From assembly GCF_009914755.1 (NCBI RefSeq), contig NC_060925.1: a DNA stretch of 64,000 bases; one strand, 5' to 3'. The DNA is from the human T2T-CHM13v2.0 reference genome, Homo sapiens. Each line of letters opens with the position of its first letter. The stretch's first letter is position 1. This document shows positions 1 to 14,534 of the stretch, one piece after another. The translations under genes and the position numbers were made by a program. Below the pieces are notes generated by a model. It was not told the origin of the DNA, made no database searches, and saw only the letters and a list, made by a program, of their open reading frames with translations.

Positions 1-904
1 AATCATCATCGAATGGAATCGAATGGAATCATCGAATGGACTCGAATGGAATAATCATTGAACGGAAACGAATGGAATCATCATCGGATGGAAATGAATG
101 GAATCATCATCGAATGGAATCGAATAGAATTATGGAATGAAATCCAGTGTGATCATCATCGAATGGACCCGAATGGAATCATCATCCAACGGAAGCTAAT
201 GGAATCAACATCGAATGAATCGAATGGAAACACCATCGAATTGAAACGAATGGAATTATCATGAAATTGAAATGGATGGACTCATCATCGAATGGATTCG
301 AATGGAATCATCGAATAAAATTGATTGAAATCATCATCGAATGGAATCGAATGGTATCATTGAATGGAATCGAATGGAATCATCATCAGATGGAAATGAA
401 TGGAATCGTCATAGAATGGAATCGAATGGATTCATTGAATGGAATCAGATGGAATCATCGAATGGACTGGAATGGAATCATTGAATGGACTCGAAAGGGA
501 TCATGATTGAATGGAATTGAATGGAATCATCGAATGGTCTCGATTGGAATCATTATCAAATGGAATCGAATGGAATCACCGAATAGAATCGAATGGAACA
601 ATCATCGAATGGACTCAAATGGAATTATCCTCAAATGGAATCGAATGGAATTATCGAATGCAATCGAATGGAATTATCGAATGCAATCGAATAGAATCAT
701 CGAATGGACTCGAATGGAATCATCGAATGGAATGGAATGGAACAGTCAATGAACACGAATGGAATCATCATTGAATGGAATCGAATGGAATCATCGAGTG
801 GAATCGAATGGAATTATGATCAAATGGAATCGAATGTAATCATCATCAAATGGAATCAAAAATAACCATCATCAATTGGTATTGAATGGAATTGTCATCA
901 AATG

Positions 905-910
905 GAATTC
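905..910. other. Once-per-unit EcoRI site (GAATTC), which defines the 1.77-kb restriction repeat; first example
   Basis: AATGGAATTCAAAGG at 901-915 recurs at the same position in essentially every unit. It is lost at ~55066 (GCAATTC), and an extra site is gained at 25015-25020 and in the duplicate copy near 28713. Confidence 0.9.
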
Positions 911-1064
911 AAAGGAATCATCATCAAATGGAACCGAATGGAATCCTCATTGAATGGAAATGAAAGGGGTCATCATCTAATGGAATCGCATGGAATCATC
1001 ATCAAATGGAATCGAATGGAATCATCATCAAATGGAATCTAATGGAATCATTGAACAGAATTGA

Positions 1065-2123
1065 ATGGAATGGTCATTGAATGAATTGAATGCAATCATC
1101 GAATGGTCTCGAATGGAATCATCTTCTAATGGAAAGGAATGGAATCATCGCATAGAATCGAATGGAATTATCATCGAATGGAATCGAATGGTATCAACAC
1201 CAAACGGAAAAAAACGGAATTATCGAATGGAATCGAAGAGAATCTTCGAACGGACCCGAATGGAATCATCTAATGGAATAGAATGGAATAATCCATGGAC
1301 TCGAATGCAATCATCATCGAATGGAATCGAATGGAATCATCGAATGGACTCGAATGGAATAATCATTGAACGGAAGCGAATGGAATCATCATCGGATGGA
1401 AACGAATGGAATCATCATCGAATGGAAATGAAAGGAGTCATCATCTAATGGAATTGCATGGAATCATCATAAAATGGAATCGAATGGAATCAACATCAAA
1501 TGGAATCAAATGGAATCATTGAACGGAATTGAATGGAATCGTCATCGAATGAATTGACTGCAATCATCGAATGGTCTCGGAATCATCTTCAAATGGAATG
1601 GAATGGAATCATCGCATAGAATCGAATGGAATTATCATCGAATGGAATCGAATGGAATCAACATCAAACGGAAAAAAACGGAATTATCGAATGGAATCGA
1701 AGAGAATCATCGAATGGACCCGAATGGAATCATCTAATGGAATGGAATGGAATAATCCATGGACTCGAATGCAATCATCATCGAATGGAATCGAATGGAA
1801 TCATCGAATGAACTCGAATGGAATCATCATTGAATGGAATCGAATGGAATCATCGAGTGGAATCGAATGGAATTATGATCAAATGGAATCGAATGTAATC
1901 ATCATCAAATGGAATCAAAAATAACCATCATCAATTGGTATTGAATGGAATTGTCATCAAATGGAATTCAAAGGAATCATCATCAAATGGAACCGAATGG
2001 AATCCTCATTGAATGGAAATGAAAGGGGTCATCATCTAATGGAATCGCATGGAATCATCATCAAATGGAATCGAATGGAATCATCATCAAATGGAATCTA
2101 ATGGAATCATTGAACAGAAATGA
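1065..2123 (+). repeat. Truncated unit (1059 bp: 713-bp deletion plus 4-bp deletion)
   Basis: Anchor spacing is 1059. The junction CATCGAATG|AACTCGAATGGAATCATCATTG lies at ~1810, and GGTCTCGGAATC at 1573-1584 lacks 4 bp. Confidence 0.9.
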
Positions 2124-2975
2124 ATGGAATCGTCATCGAATGAATTGAATGCAATCATCGAATGGTCTCGAATGGAATCATCTTCTAATGGAAAGGAATG
2201 GAATCATCGCATAGAATCGAATGGAATTATCATCGAATGGAATCGAATGGTATCAACACCAAACGGAAAAAAACGGAATTATCGAATGGAATCGAAGAGA
2301 ATCTTCGAACGGACCCGAATGGAATCATCTAATGGAATGGAATGGAATAATCCATGGACTCGAATGCAATCATCATCGAATGGAATCGAATGGAATCATC
2401 GAATGGACTCGAATGGAATAATCATTGAACGGAATCGAATGGAATCATCATCGGATGGAAACGAATGGAATCATCATCGAATGGAAATGAAAGGAGTCAT
2501 CATCTAATGGAATTGCATGGAATCATCATAAAATGGAATCGAATGGAATCAACATCAAATGGAATCAAATGGAATCATTGAACGGAATTGAATGGAATCG
2601 TCATCGAATGAATTGACTGCAATCATCGAATGGTCTCGAATGGAATCATCTTCAAATGGAATGGAATGGAATCATCGCATAGAATCGAATGGAATTATCA
2701 TCGAATGGAATCGAATGGAATCAACATCAAACGGAAAAAAACGGAATTATCGAATGGAATCGAAGAGAATCATCGAATGGACCCGAATGGAATCATCTAA
2801 TGGAATGGAATGGAATAATCCATGGACTCGAATGCAATCATCATCGAATGGAATCGAATGGAATCATCGAATGGACTCGAATGGAATAATCATTGAACGG
2901 AATCGAATGGAATCATCATCGGATGGAAATGAATGGAATCATCATCGAATGGAATCGAATAGAATTATGGAATGA
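2124..2975 (+). repeat. Internal 468-bp direct duplication present in every unit (subrepeats A and B); example shown
   Basis: Paralogous starts at 2124 and 2592 (also 3874/4342, 9207/9675, etc.). Fixed diagnostic differences: TGAATGC vs TGACTGC, TTCTAATGGAAAGG vs TTCAAATGGAATGG, GGTATCAACACC vs GGAATCAACATC, ATCTTCGAACGG vs ATCATCGAATGG. Confidence 0.95.
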
Positions 2976-5900
2976 AATCCAGTGTGATCATCATCGAATG
3001 GACCCGAATGGAATCATCATCCAACGGAAGCTAATGGAATCAACATCGAATGAATCGAATGGAAACACCATCGAATTGAAACGAATGGAATTATCATGAA
3101 ATTGAAATGGATGGACTCATCATCGAATGGATTCGAATGGAATTATCGAATAAAATTGATTGAAATCATCATCCAATGGAATCGAATGGTATCATTGAAT
3201 GGAATCGAATGGAATCATCATCAGATGGAAATGAATGGAATCGTCATAGAATGGAATCGAATGGATTCATTGAATGGAATCAGATGGAATCATCGAATGG
3301 ACTGGAATGGAATCATTGAATGGACTCGAAAGGGATCATGATTGAATGGAATTGAATGGAATCATCGAATGGTCTCGATTGGAATCATTATCAAATGGAA
3401 TCGAATGGAATCACCGAATAGAATCGAATGGAACAATCATAGAATGGACTCAAATGGAATTATCCTCCAATGGAATCGAATGGAATTATCGAATGCAATC
3501 GAATGGAATTATCGAATGCAATCGAATAGAATCATCGAATGGACTCGAATGGAATCATCGAATGGAATGGAATGGAACAGTCAATGAACTCGAATGGAAT
3601 CATCATTGAATGGAATCGAATGGAATCATCGAGTGGAATCGAATGGAATTATGATCAAATGGAATCGAATGTAATCATCATCAAATGGAATCAAAAATAA
3701 CCATCATCAATTGGTATTGAATGGAATTGTCATCAAATGGAATTCAAAGGAATCATCATCAAATGGAACCGAATGGAATCCTCATTGAATGGAAATGAAA
3801 GGGGTCATCATCTAACGGAATCGCATGGAATCATCATCAAATGGAATCTAATGGAATCATTGAACAGAATTGAATGGAATCGTCATCGAATGAATTGAAT
3901 GCAATCATCGAATGGTCTCGAATGGAATCATCTTCTAATGGAAAGGAATGGAATCATCGCATAGAATCGAATGGAATTATCATCGAATGGAATCGAATGG
4001 TATCAACACCAAACGGAAAAAAACGGAATTATCGAATGGAATCGAAGAGAATCTTCGAACGGACCCGAATGGAATCATCTAATGGAATGGAATGGAATAA
4101 TCCATGGACTCGAATGCAATCATCATCGAATGGAATGGAATGGAATCATCGAATGGACTCGAATGGAATAATCATTGAAAGGAATCGAATGGAATCATCA
4201 TCGGATGGAAACGAATGGAATCATCATCGAATGGAAATGAAAGGAGTCATCATCTAATGGAATTGCATGGAATCATCATCAAATGGAATCGAATGGAATC
4301 AACATCAAATGGAATCAAATGGAATCATTGAACGGAATTGAATGGAATCGTCATCGAATGAATTGACTGCAATCATCGAATGGTCTCGAATGGAATCATC
4401 TTCAAATGGAATGGAATGGAATCATCGCATAGAATCGAATGGAATTATCATCGAATGGAATCGAATGGAATCAACATCAAACGGAAAAAAACGGAATTAT
4501 CGAATGGAATCGAAGAGAATCATCGAATGGACCCGAATGGAATCATCTAATGGAATGGAATGGAATAATCCATGGACTCGAATGCAATCATCATCGAATG
4601 GAATCGAATGGAATCATCGAATGGACTCGAATGGAATAATCATTGAACGGAATCGAATGGAATCATCATCGGATGGAAATGAATGGAATCATCATCGAAT
4701 GGAATCGAATAGAATTATGGAATGAAATCCAGTGTGATCATCATCGAATGGACCCGAATGGAATCATCATCCAACGGAAGCTAATGGAATCAACATCGAA
4801 TGAATCGAATGGAAACACCATCGAATTGAAACGAATGGAATTATCATGAAATTGAAATGGATGGACTCATCATCGAATGGATTCGAATGGAATCATCGAA
4901 TAAAATTGATTGAAATCATCATCGAATGGAATCGAATGGTATCATTGAATGGAATCGAATGGAATCATCATCAGATGGAAATGAATGGAATCGTCATAGA
5001 ATGGAATCGAATGGATTCATTGAATGGAATCAGATGGAATCATCGAATGGACTGGAATGGAATCATTGAATGGACTCGAAAGGGATCATTATTGAATGGA
5101 ATTGAATGGAATCATCGAATGGTCTCGATTGGAATCATTATCAAATGGAATCGAATGGAATCACCGAATAGAATCGAATGGAACAATCATCGAATGGACT
5201 CAAATGGAATTATCCTCAAATGGAATCGAATGGAATTATCGAATGCAATCGAATGGAATTATCGAATGCAATCGAATAGAATCATCGAATGGACTCGAAT
5301 GGAATCATCGAATGGAATGGAATGGAACAGTCAATGAACTCGAATGGAATCATCATTGAATGGAATCGAATGGAATCATCGAGTGGAATCGAATGGAATT
5401 ATGATCAAATGGAATCGAATGTAATCATCATCAAATGGAATCAAAAATAACCATCATCAATTGGTATTGAATGGAATTGTCATCAAATGGAATTCAAAGG
5501 AATCATCATCAAATGGAACCGAATGGAATCCTCATTGAATGGAAATGAAAGGGGTCATCATCTAATGGAATCGCATGGAATCATCATCAATTGGAATCGA
5601 ATGGAATCATCATCAAATGGAATCTAATGGAATCATTGAACAGAATTGAATGGAATCGTCATCGAATGAATTGAATGCAATCATCGAATGGTCTCGAATG
5701 GAATCATCTTCTAATGGAAAGGAATGGAATCATCGCATAGAATCGAATGGAATTATCATCGAATGGAATCGAATGGTATCAACACCAAACGGAAAAAAAC
5801 GGAATTATCGAATGGAATCGAAGAGAATCTTCGAACGGACCCGAATGGAATCATCTAATGGAATGGAATGGAATAATCCATGGACTCGAATGCAATCATC

Positions 5901-8900
5901 ATCGAATGGAATGGAATGGAATGGAATCATCGAATGGACTCGAATGGAATAATCATTGAACGGAATCGAATGGAATCATCATCGGATGGAAACGAATGGA
6001 ATCATCATCGAATGGAAATGAAAGGAGTCATCATCTAATGGAATTGCATGGAATCATCATCAAATGGAATCGAATGGAATCAACATCAAATGGAATCAAA
6101 TGGAATCATTGAACGGAATTGAATGGAATCGTCATCGAATGAATTGACTGCAATCATCGAATGGTCTCGAATGGAATCATCTTCAAATGGAATGGAATGG
6201 AATCATCGCATAGAATCGAATGGAATTATCATCGAATGGAATCGAATGGAATCAACATCAAACGGAAAAAAACGGAATTATCGAATGGAATCGAAGAGAA
6301 TCATCGAATGGACCCGAATGGAATCATCTAATGGAATGGAATGGAATAATCCATGGACTCGAATGCAATCATCATCGAATGGAATCGAATGGAATCATCG
6401 AATGGACTCGAATGGAATAATCATTGAACGGAATCGAATGGAATCATCATCGGATGGAAATGAATGGAATCATCATCGAATGGAATCGAATAGAATTATG
6501 GAATGAAATCCAGTGTGATCATCATCGAATGGACCCGAATGGAATCATCATCCAACGGAAGCTAATGGAATCAACATCGAATGAATCGAATGGAAACACC
6601 ATCGAATTGAAACGAATGGAATTATCATGAAATTGAAATGGATGGACTCATCATCGAATGGATTCGAATGGAATCATCGAATAAAATTGATTGAAATCAT
6701 CATCGAATGGAATCGAATGGTATCATTGAATGGAATCGAATGGAATCATCATCAGATGGAAATGAATGGAATCGTCATAGAATGGAATCGAATGGATTCA
6801 TTGAATGGAATCAGATGGAATCATCGAATGGACTGGAATGGAATCATTGAATGGACTCGAAAGGGATCATTATTGAATGGAATTGAATGGAATCATCGAA
6901 TGGTCTCGATTGGAATCATTATCAAATGGAATCGAATGGAATCACCGAATAGAATCGAATGGAACAATCATCGAATGGACTCAAATGGAATTATCCTCCA
7001 ATGGAATCGAATGGAATTATCGAATGCAATCGAATGGAATTATCGAATGCAATCGAATAGAATCATCGAATGGACTCGAATGGAATCATCGAATGGAATG
7101 GAATGGAACAGTCAATGAACTCGAATGGAATCATCATTGAATGGAATCGAATGGAATCATCGAGTGGAATCGAATGGAATTATGATCAAATGGAATCGAA
7201 TGTAATCATCATCAAATGGAATCAAAAATAACCATCATCAATTGGTATTGAATGGAATTGTCATCAAATGGAATTCAAAGGAATCATCATCAAATGGAAC
7301 CGAATGGAATCCTCATTGAATGGAAATGAAAGGGGTCATCATCTAATGGAATCGCATGGAATCATCATCAAATGGAATCGAATGGAATCATCATCAAATG
7401 GAATCTAATGGAATCATTGAACAGAATTGAATGGAATCGTCATCGAATGAATTGAATGCAATCATCGAATGGTCTCGAATGGAATCATCTTCTAATGGAA
7501 AGGAATGGAATCATCGCATAGAATCGAATGGAATTATCATCGAATGGAAAAGAATGGTATCAACACCAAACGGAAAAAAACGGAATTATCGAATGGAATC
7601 GAAGAGAATCTTCGAACGGACCCGAATGGAATCATCTAATGGAATGGAATGGAATAATCCATGGACTCGAATGCAATCATCATCGAATGGAATGGAATGG
7701 AATCATCGAATGGACTCGAATGGAATAATCATTGAACGGAATCGAATGGAATCATCATCGGATGGAAACGAATGGAATCATCATCGAATGGAAATGAAAG
7801 GAGTCATCATCTAATGGAATTGCATGGAATCATCATAAAATGGAATCGAATGGAATCAACATCAAATGGAATCAAATGGAATCATTGAACGGAATTGAAT
7901 GGAATCGTCATCGAATGAATTGACTGCAATCATCGAATGGTCTCGAATGGAATCATCTTCAAATGGAATGGAATGGAATCATCGCATAGAATCGAATGGA
8001 ATTATCATCGAATAGAATCGAATGGAATCAACATCAAACGGAAAAAAACAGAATTATCGTATGGAATCGAAGAGAATCATCGAATGGACCCGAATGGAAT
8101 CATCTAATGGAATGGAATGGAATAATCCATGGACTCGAATGCAATCATCATCGAATGGAATCGAATGGAATCATCGAATGGACTCGAATGGAATAATCAT
8201 TGAACGGAATCGAATGGAATCATCATCGGATGGAAATGAATGGAATCATCATCGAATGGAATCGAATAGAATTATGGAATGAAATCCAGTGTGATCATCA
8301 TCGAATGGACCCGAATGGAATCATCATCCAACGGAAGCTAATGGAATCAACATCGAATGAATCGAATGGAAACACCATCGAATTGAAACGAATGGAATTA
8401 TCATGAAATTGAAATGGATGGACTCATCATCGAATGGATTCGAATGGAATCATCGAATAAAATTGATTGAAATCATCATCCAATGGAATCGAATGGTATC
8501 ATTGAATGGAATCGAATGGAATCATCATCAGATGGAAATGAATGGAATCGTCATAGAATGGAATCGAGTGGATTCATTGAATGGAATCAGATGGAATCAT
8601 CGAATGGACTGGAATGGAATCATTGAATGGACTCGAAAGGGATCATGATTGAATGGAATTGAATGGAATCATCGAATGGTCTCGATTGGAATCATTATCA
8701 AATGGAATCGAATGGAATCACCGAATAGAATCGAATGGAACAATCATCGAATGGACTCAAATGGAATTATCCTCAAATGGAATCGAATGGAATTATCGAA
8801 TGCAATCGAATGGAATTATCGAATGCAATCGAATAGAATCATCGAAAGGACTCGAATGGAATCATCGAATGGAATGGAATGGAACAGTCAATGAACTCGA

Positions 8901-11900
8901 ATGGAATCATCATTGAATGGAATCCAATGGAATCATCGAGTGGAATCGAATGGAATTATGATCAAATGGAATCTAATGTAATCATCATCAAATGGAATCA
9001 AAAATAACCATCATCAATTGGTATTGAATTGAATTGTCATCAAATGGAATTCAAAGGAATCATCATCAAATGGAACCGAATGGAATCCTCATTGAATGGA
9101 AATGAAAGGGGTCATCATCTAATGGAATCGCATGGAATCATCATCAAATGGAATCGAATGGAATCATCATCAAATGGAATCTAATGGAATCATTGAACAG
9201 AATTGAATGGAATCGTCATCGAATGAATTGAATGCAATCATCGAATGGTCTCGAATGGAATCATCTTCTAATGGAAAGGAATGGAATCATCGCATAGAAT
9301 CGAATGGAATTATCATCGAATGGAATCGAATGGTATCAACACCAAACGGAAAAAAACGGAATTATCGAATGGAATCGAAGAGAATCTTCGAACGGACCCG
9401 AATGGAATCATCTAATGGAATGGAATGGAATAATCCATGGACTCGAATGCAATCATCATCGAATGGAATGGAATGGAATCATCGAATGGACTCGAATGGA
9501 ATAATCATTGAACGGAATCGAAAGGAATCATCATCGGATGGAAACGAATGGAATCATCATCGAATGGAAATGAAAGGAGTCATCATCTAATGGAATTGCA
9601 TGGAATCATCATAAAATGGAATCGAATGGAATCAACATCAAATGGAATCAAATGGAATCATTGAACGGAATTGAATGGAATCGTCATCGAATGAATTGAC
9701 TGCAATCATCGAATGGTCTCGAATGGAATCATCTTCAAATGGAATGGAATGGAATCATCGCATAGAATCGAATGGAATTATCATCGAATGGAATCGAATG
9801 GAATCAACATCAAACGGAAAAAAACGGAATTATCGAATGGAATCGAAGAGAATCATCGAATGGACCCGAATGGAATCATCTAATGGAATGGAATGGAATA
9901 ATCCATGGACTCGAATGCAATCATCATCGAATGGAATCGAATGGAATCATCGAATGGACTCGAATGGAATAATCATTGAACGGAATCGAATGGAATCATC
10001 ATCGGATGGAAATGAATGGAATCATCATCGAATGGAATCGAATAGAAATATGGAATGAAATCCAGTGTGATCATCATCGAATGGACCCGAATGGAATCAT
10101 CATCCAACGGAAGCTAATGGAATCAACATCGAATGAATCGAATGGAAACACCATCGAATTGAAACGAATGGAATTATCATGAAATTGAAATGGATGGACT
10201 CATCATCAAATGGATTCGAATGGAATCATCGAATAAAATTGATTGAAATCATCATCGAATGGAATCGAATGGTATCATTGAATGGAATCGAATGGAATCA
10301 TCATCAGATGGAAATGAATGGAATCGTCATAGAATGGAATCGAATGGATTCATTGAATGGAATCAGATGGAATCATCGAATGGACTGGAATGGAATCATT
10401 GAATGGACTCGAAAGGGATCATTATTGAATGGAATTGAATGGAATCATCGAATGGTCTCGATTGGAATCATTATCAAATGGAATCGAATGGAATCACCGA
10501 ATAGAATCGAATGGAACAATCATCGAATGGACTCAAATGGAATTATCCTCCAATGGAATCGAATGGAATTATCGAATGCAATCGAATGGAATTATCGAAT
10601 GCAATCGAATAGAATCATCGAATGGACTCGAATGGAATCATCGAATGGAATGGAATGGAACAGTCAATGAACTCGAATGGAATCATCATTGAATGGAATC
10701 GAATGGAATCATCGAGTGGAATCGAATGGAATTATGATCAAATGGAATCGAATGTAATCATCATCAAATGGAATCAAAAATAACCATCATCAATTGGTAT
10801 TGAATGGAATTGTCATCAAATGGAATTCAAAGGAATCATCATCAAATGGAACCGAATGGAATCCTCATTGAATGGAAATGAAAGGGGTCATCATCTAATG
10901 GAATCGCATGGAATCATCATCAAATGGAATCGAATGGAATCATCATCAAATGGAATCTAATGGAATCATTGAACAGAATTGAATGGAATCGTCATCGAAT
11001 GAATTGAATGCAATCATCGAATGGTCTCGAATGGAATCATCTTCTAATGGAAAGGAATGGAATCATCGCATAGAATCGAATGGAATTATCATCGAATGGA
11101 ATCGAATGGTATCAACACCAAACGGAAAAAAACGGAATTATCGAATGGAATCGAAGAGAATCTTCGAACGGACCCGAATGGAATCATCTAATGGAATGGA
11201 ATGGAATAATCCATGGACTCGAATGCAATCATCATCGAATGGAATCGAATGGAATCATCGAATGGACGCGAATGGAATAGTCATTGAACGGAATCGAATG
11301 GAATCATCATCGGATGGAAACGAATGGAATCATCATCGAATGGAAATGAAAGGAGTCATCATCTAATGGAATTGCATGGAATCATCATAAAATGGAATCG
11401 AATGGAATCAACATCAAATGGAATCAAATGGAATCATTGAACGGAATTGAATGGAATCGTCATCGAATGAATTGACTGCAATCATCGAATGGTCTCGAAT
11501 GGAATCATCTTCAAATGGAATGGAATGGAATCATCGCATAGAATCGAATGGAATTATCATCGAATAGAATCGAATGGAATCAACATCAAACGGAAAAAAA
11601 CAGAATTATCGTATGGAATCGAAGAGAATCATCGAATGGACCCGAATGGAATCATCTAATGGAATGGAATGGAATAATCCATGGACTCGAATGCAATCAT
11701 CATCGAATGGAATCGAATGGAATCATCGAATGGACTCGAATGGAATAATCATTGAACGGAATCGAATGGAATCATCATCGGATGGAAATGAATGGAATCA
11801 TCATCGAATGGAATCGAATAGAATTATGGAATGAAATCCAGTGTGATCATCATCGAATGGACCCGAATGGAATCATCATCCAACGGAAGCTAATGGAATC

Positions 11901-14534
11901 AACATCGAATGAATCGAATGGAAACACCATCGAATTGAAACGAATGGAATTATCATGAAATTGAAATGGATGGACTCATCATCGAATGGATTCGAATGGA
12001 ATCATCGAATAAAATTGATTGAAATCATCATCCAATGGAATCGAATGGTATCATTGAATGGAATCGAATGGAATCATCATCAGATGGAAATGAATGGAAT
12101 CGTCATAGAATGGAATCGAGTGGATTCATTGAATGGAATCAGATGGAATCATCGAATGGACTGGAATGGAATCATTGAATGGACTCGAAAGGGATCATGA
12201 TTGAATGGAATTGAATGGAATCATCGAATGGTCTCGATTGGAATCATTATCAAATGGAATCGAATGGAATCACCGAATAGAATCGAATGGAACAATCATC
12301 GAATGGACTCAAATGGAATTATCCTCAAATGGAATCGAATGGAATTATCGAATGCAATCGAATGGAATTATCGAATGCAATCGAATAGAATCATCGAAAG
12401 GACTCGAATGGAATCATCGAATGGAATGGAATGGAACAGTCAATGAACTCGAATGGAATCATCATTGAATGGAATCCAATGGAATCATCGAGTGGAATCG
12501 AATGGAATTATGATCAAATGGAATCTAATGTAATCATCATCAAATGGAATCAAAAATAACCATCATCAATTGGTATTGAATTGAATTGTCATCAAATGGA
12601 ATTCAAAGGAATCATCATCAAATGGAACCGAATGGAATCCTCATTGAATGGAAATGAAAGGGATCATCATCTAATGGAATCGCATGGAATCATCATCAAA
12701 TGGAATCGAATGGAATCATCATCAAATGGAATCTAATGGAATCATTGAACAGAATTGAATGGAATCGTCATCGAATGAATTGAATGCAATCATCGAATGG
12801 TCTCGAATGGAATCATCTTCTAATGGAAAGGAATGGAATCATCGCATAGAATCGAATGGAATTATCATCGAATGGAATCGAATGGTATCAACACCAAACG
12901 GAAAAAAACGGAATTATCGAATGGAATCGAAGAGAATCTTCGAACGGACCCGAATGGAATCATCTAATGGAATGGAATGGAATAATCCATGGACTCGAAT
13001 GCAATCATCATCGAATGGAATGGAATGGAATCATCGAATGGACTCGAATGGAATAATCATTGAACGGAATCGAATGGAATCATCATCGGATGGAAACGAA
13101 TGGAATCATCATCGAATGGAAATGAAAGGAGTCATCATCTAATGGAATTGCATGGAATCATCATAAAATGGAATCGAATGGAATCAACATCAAATGGAAT
13201 CAAATGGAATCATTGAACGGAATTGAATGGAATCGTCATCGAATGAATTGACTGCAATCATCGAATGGTCTCGAATGGAATCATCTTCAAATGGAATGGA
13301 ATGGAATCATCGCATAGAATCGAATGGAATTATCATCGAATGGAATCGAATGGAATCAACATCAAACGGAAAAAAACGGAATTATCGAATGGAATCGAAG
13401 AGAATCATCGAATGGACCCGAATGGAATCATCTAATGGAATGGAATGGAATAATCCATGGACTCGAATGCAATCATCATCGAATGGAATCGAATGGAATC
13501 ATCGAATGGACTCGAATGGAATAATCATTGAACGGAATCGAATGGAATCATCATCGGATGGAAATGAATGGAATCATCATCGAATGGAATCGAATAGAAT
13601 TATGGAATGAAATCCAGTGTGATCATCATCGAATGGACCCGAATGGAATCATCATCCAACGGAAGCTAATGGAATCAACATCGAATGAATCGAATGGAAA
13701 CACCATCGAATTGAAACGAATGGAATTATCATGAAATTGAAATGGATGGACTCATCATGGAATGGGTTCGAATAGAATCATCGAATAAAATTGATTGAAA
13801 TCATCATCCAATGGAATCGAATGGTATCATTGAATGGAATCGAATGGAATCATCATCAGATGGAAATGAATGGAATCGTCATAGAATGGAATCGAATGGA
13901 TTCATTGAATGGAATCAGATGGAATCATCGAATGGACTGAAATGGAATCATTGAATGGACTCGAAAGGGATCATGATTGAATGGAATTGAATGGAATCAT
14001 CGAATGGTCTCGATTGGAATCATTATCAAATGGAATGGAATGGAATCACCGAATAGAATCGAATGGAACAATCATCGAATGGACTCAAATGGAATTATCC
14101 TCCAATGGAATCGAATGGAATTATCGAATGCAATCGAATGGAATTATCGAATGCAATCGAATAGAATCATCGAATGGACTCGAATGGAATCATCGAATGG
14201 AATGGAATGGAACAGTCAATGAACTCGAATGGAATCATCATTGAATGGAATCGAATGGAATCATCGAGTGGAATCGAATGGAATTATGATCAAATGGAAT
14301 CTAATGTAATCATCATCAAATGGAATCAAAAATAACCATCATCAATTGGTATTGAATGGAATTGTCATCAAATGGAATTCAAAGGAATCATCATCAAATG
14401 GAACCGAATGGAATCCTCATTGAATGGAAATGAAAGGGGTCATCATCTAATGGAATCGCATGGAATCATCATCAAATGGAATCGAATGGAATCATCATCA
14501 AATGGAATCTAATGGAATCATTGAACAGAATTGA

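Noticed and set aside
314-319. AATAAA hexamer once per unit as a polyadenylation signal
   Set aside because: It is expected by chance in A-rich sequence, and there is no downstream GU-rich element or transcript evidence.
1203-1218. AAACGGAAAAAAACGG A7 tract as a retroposon tail or terminator
   Set aside because: It is an integral part of both 468-bp subrepeats and aligns to GGAATCAA-type satellite sequence in the divergent patches.
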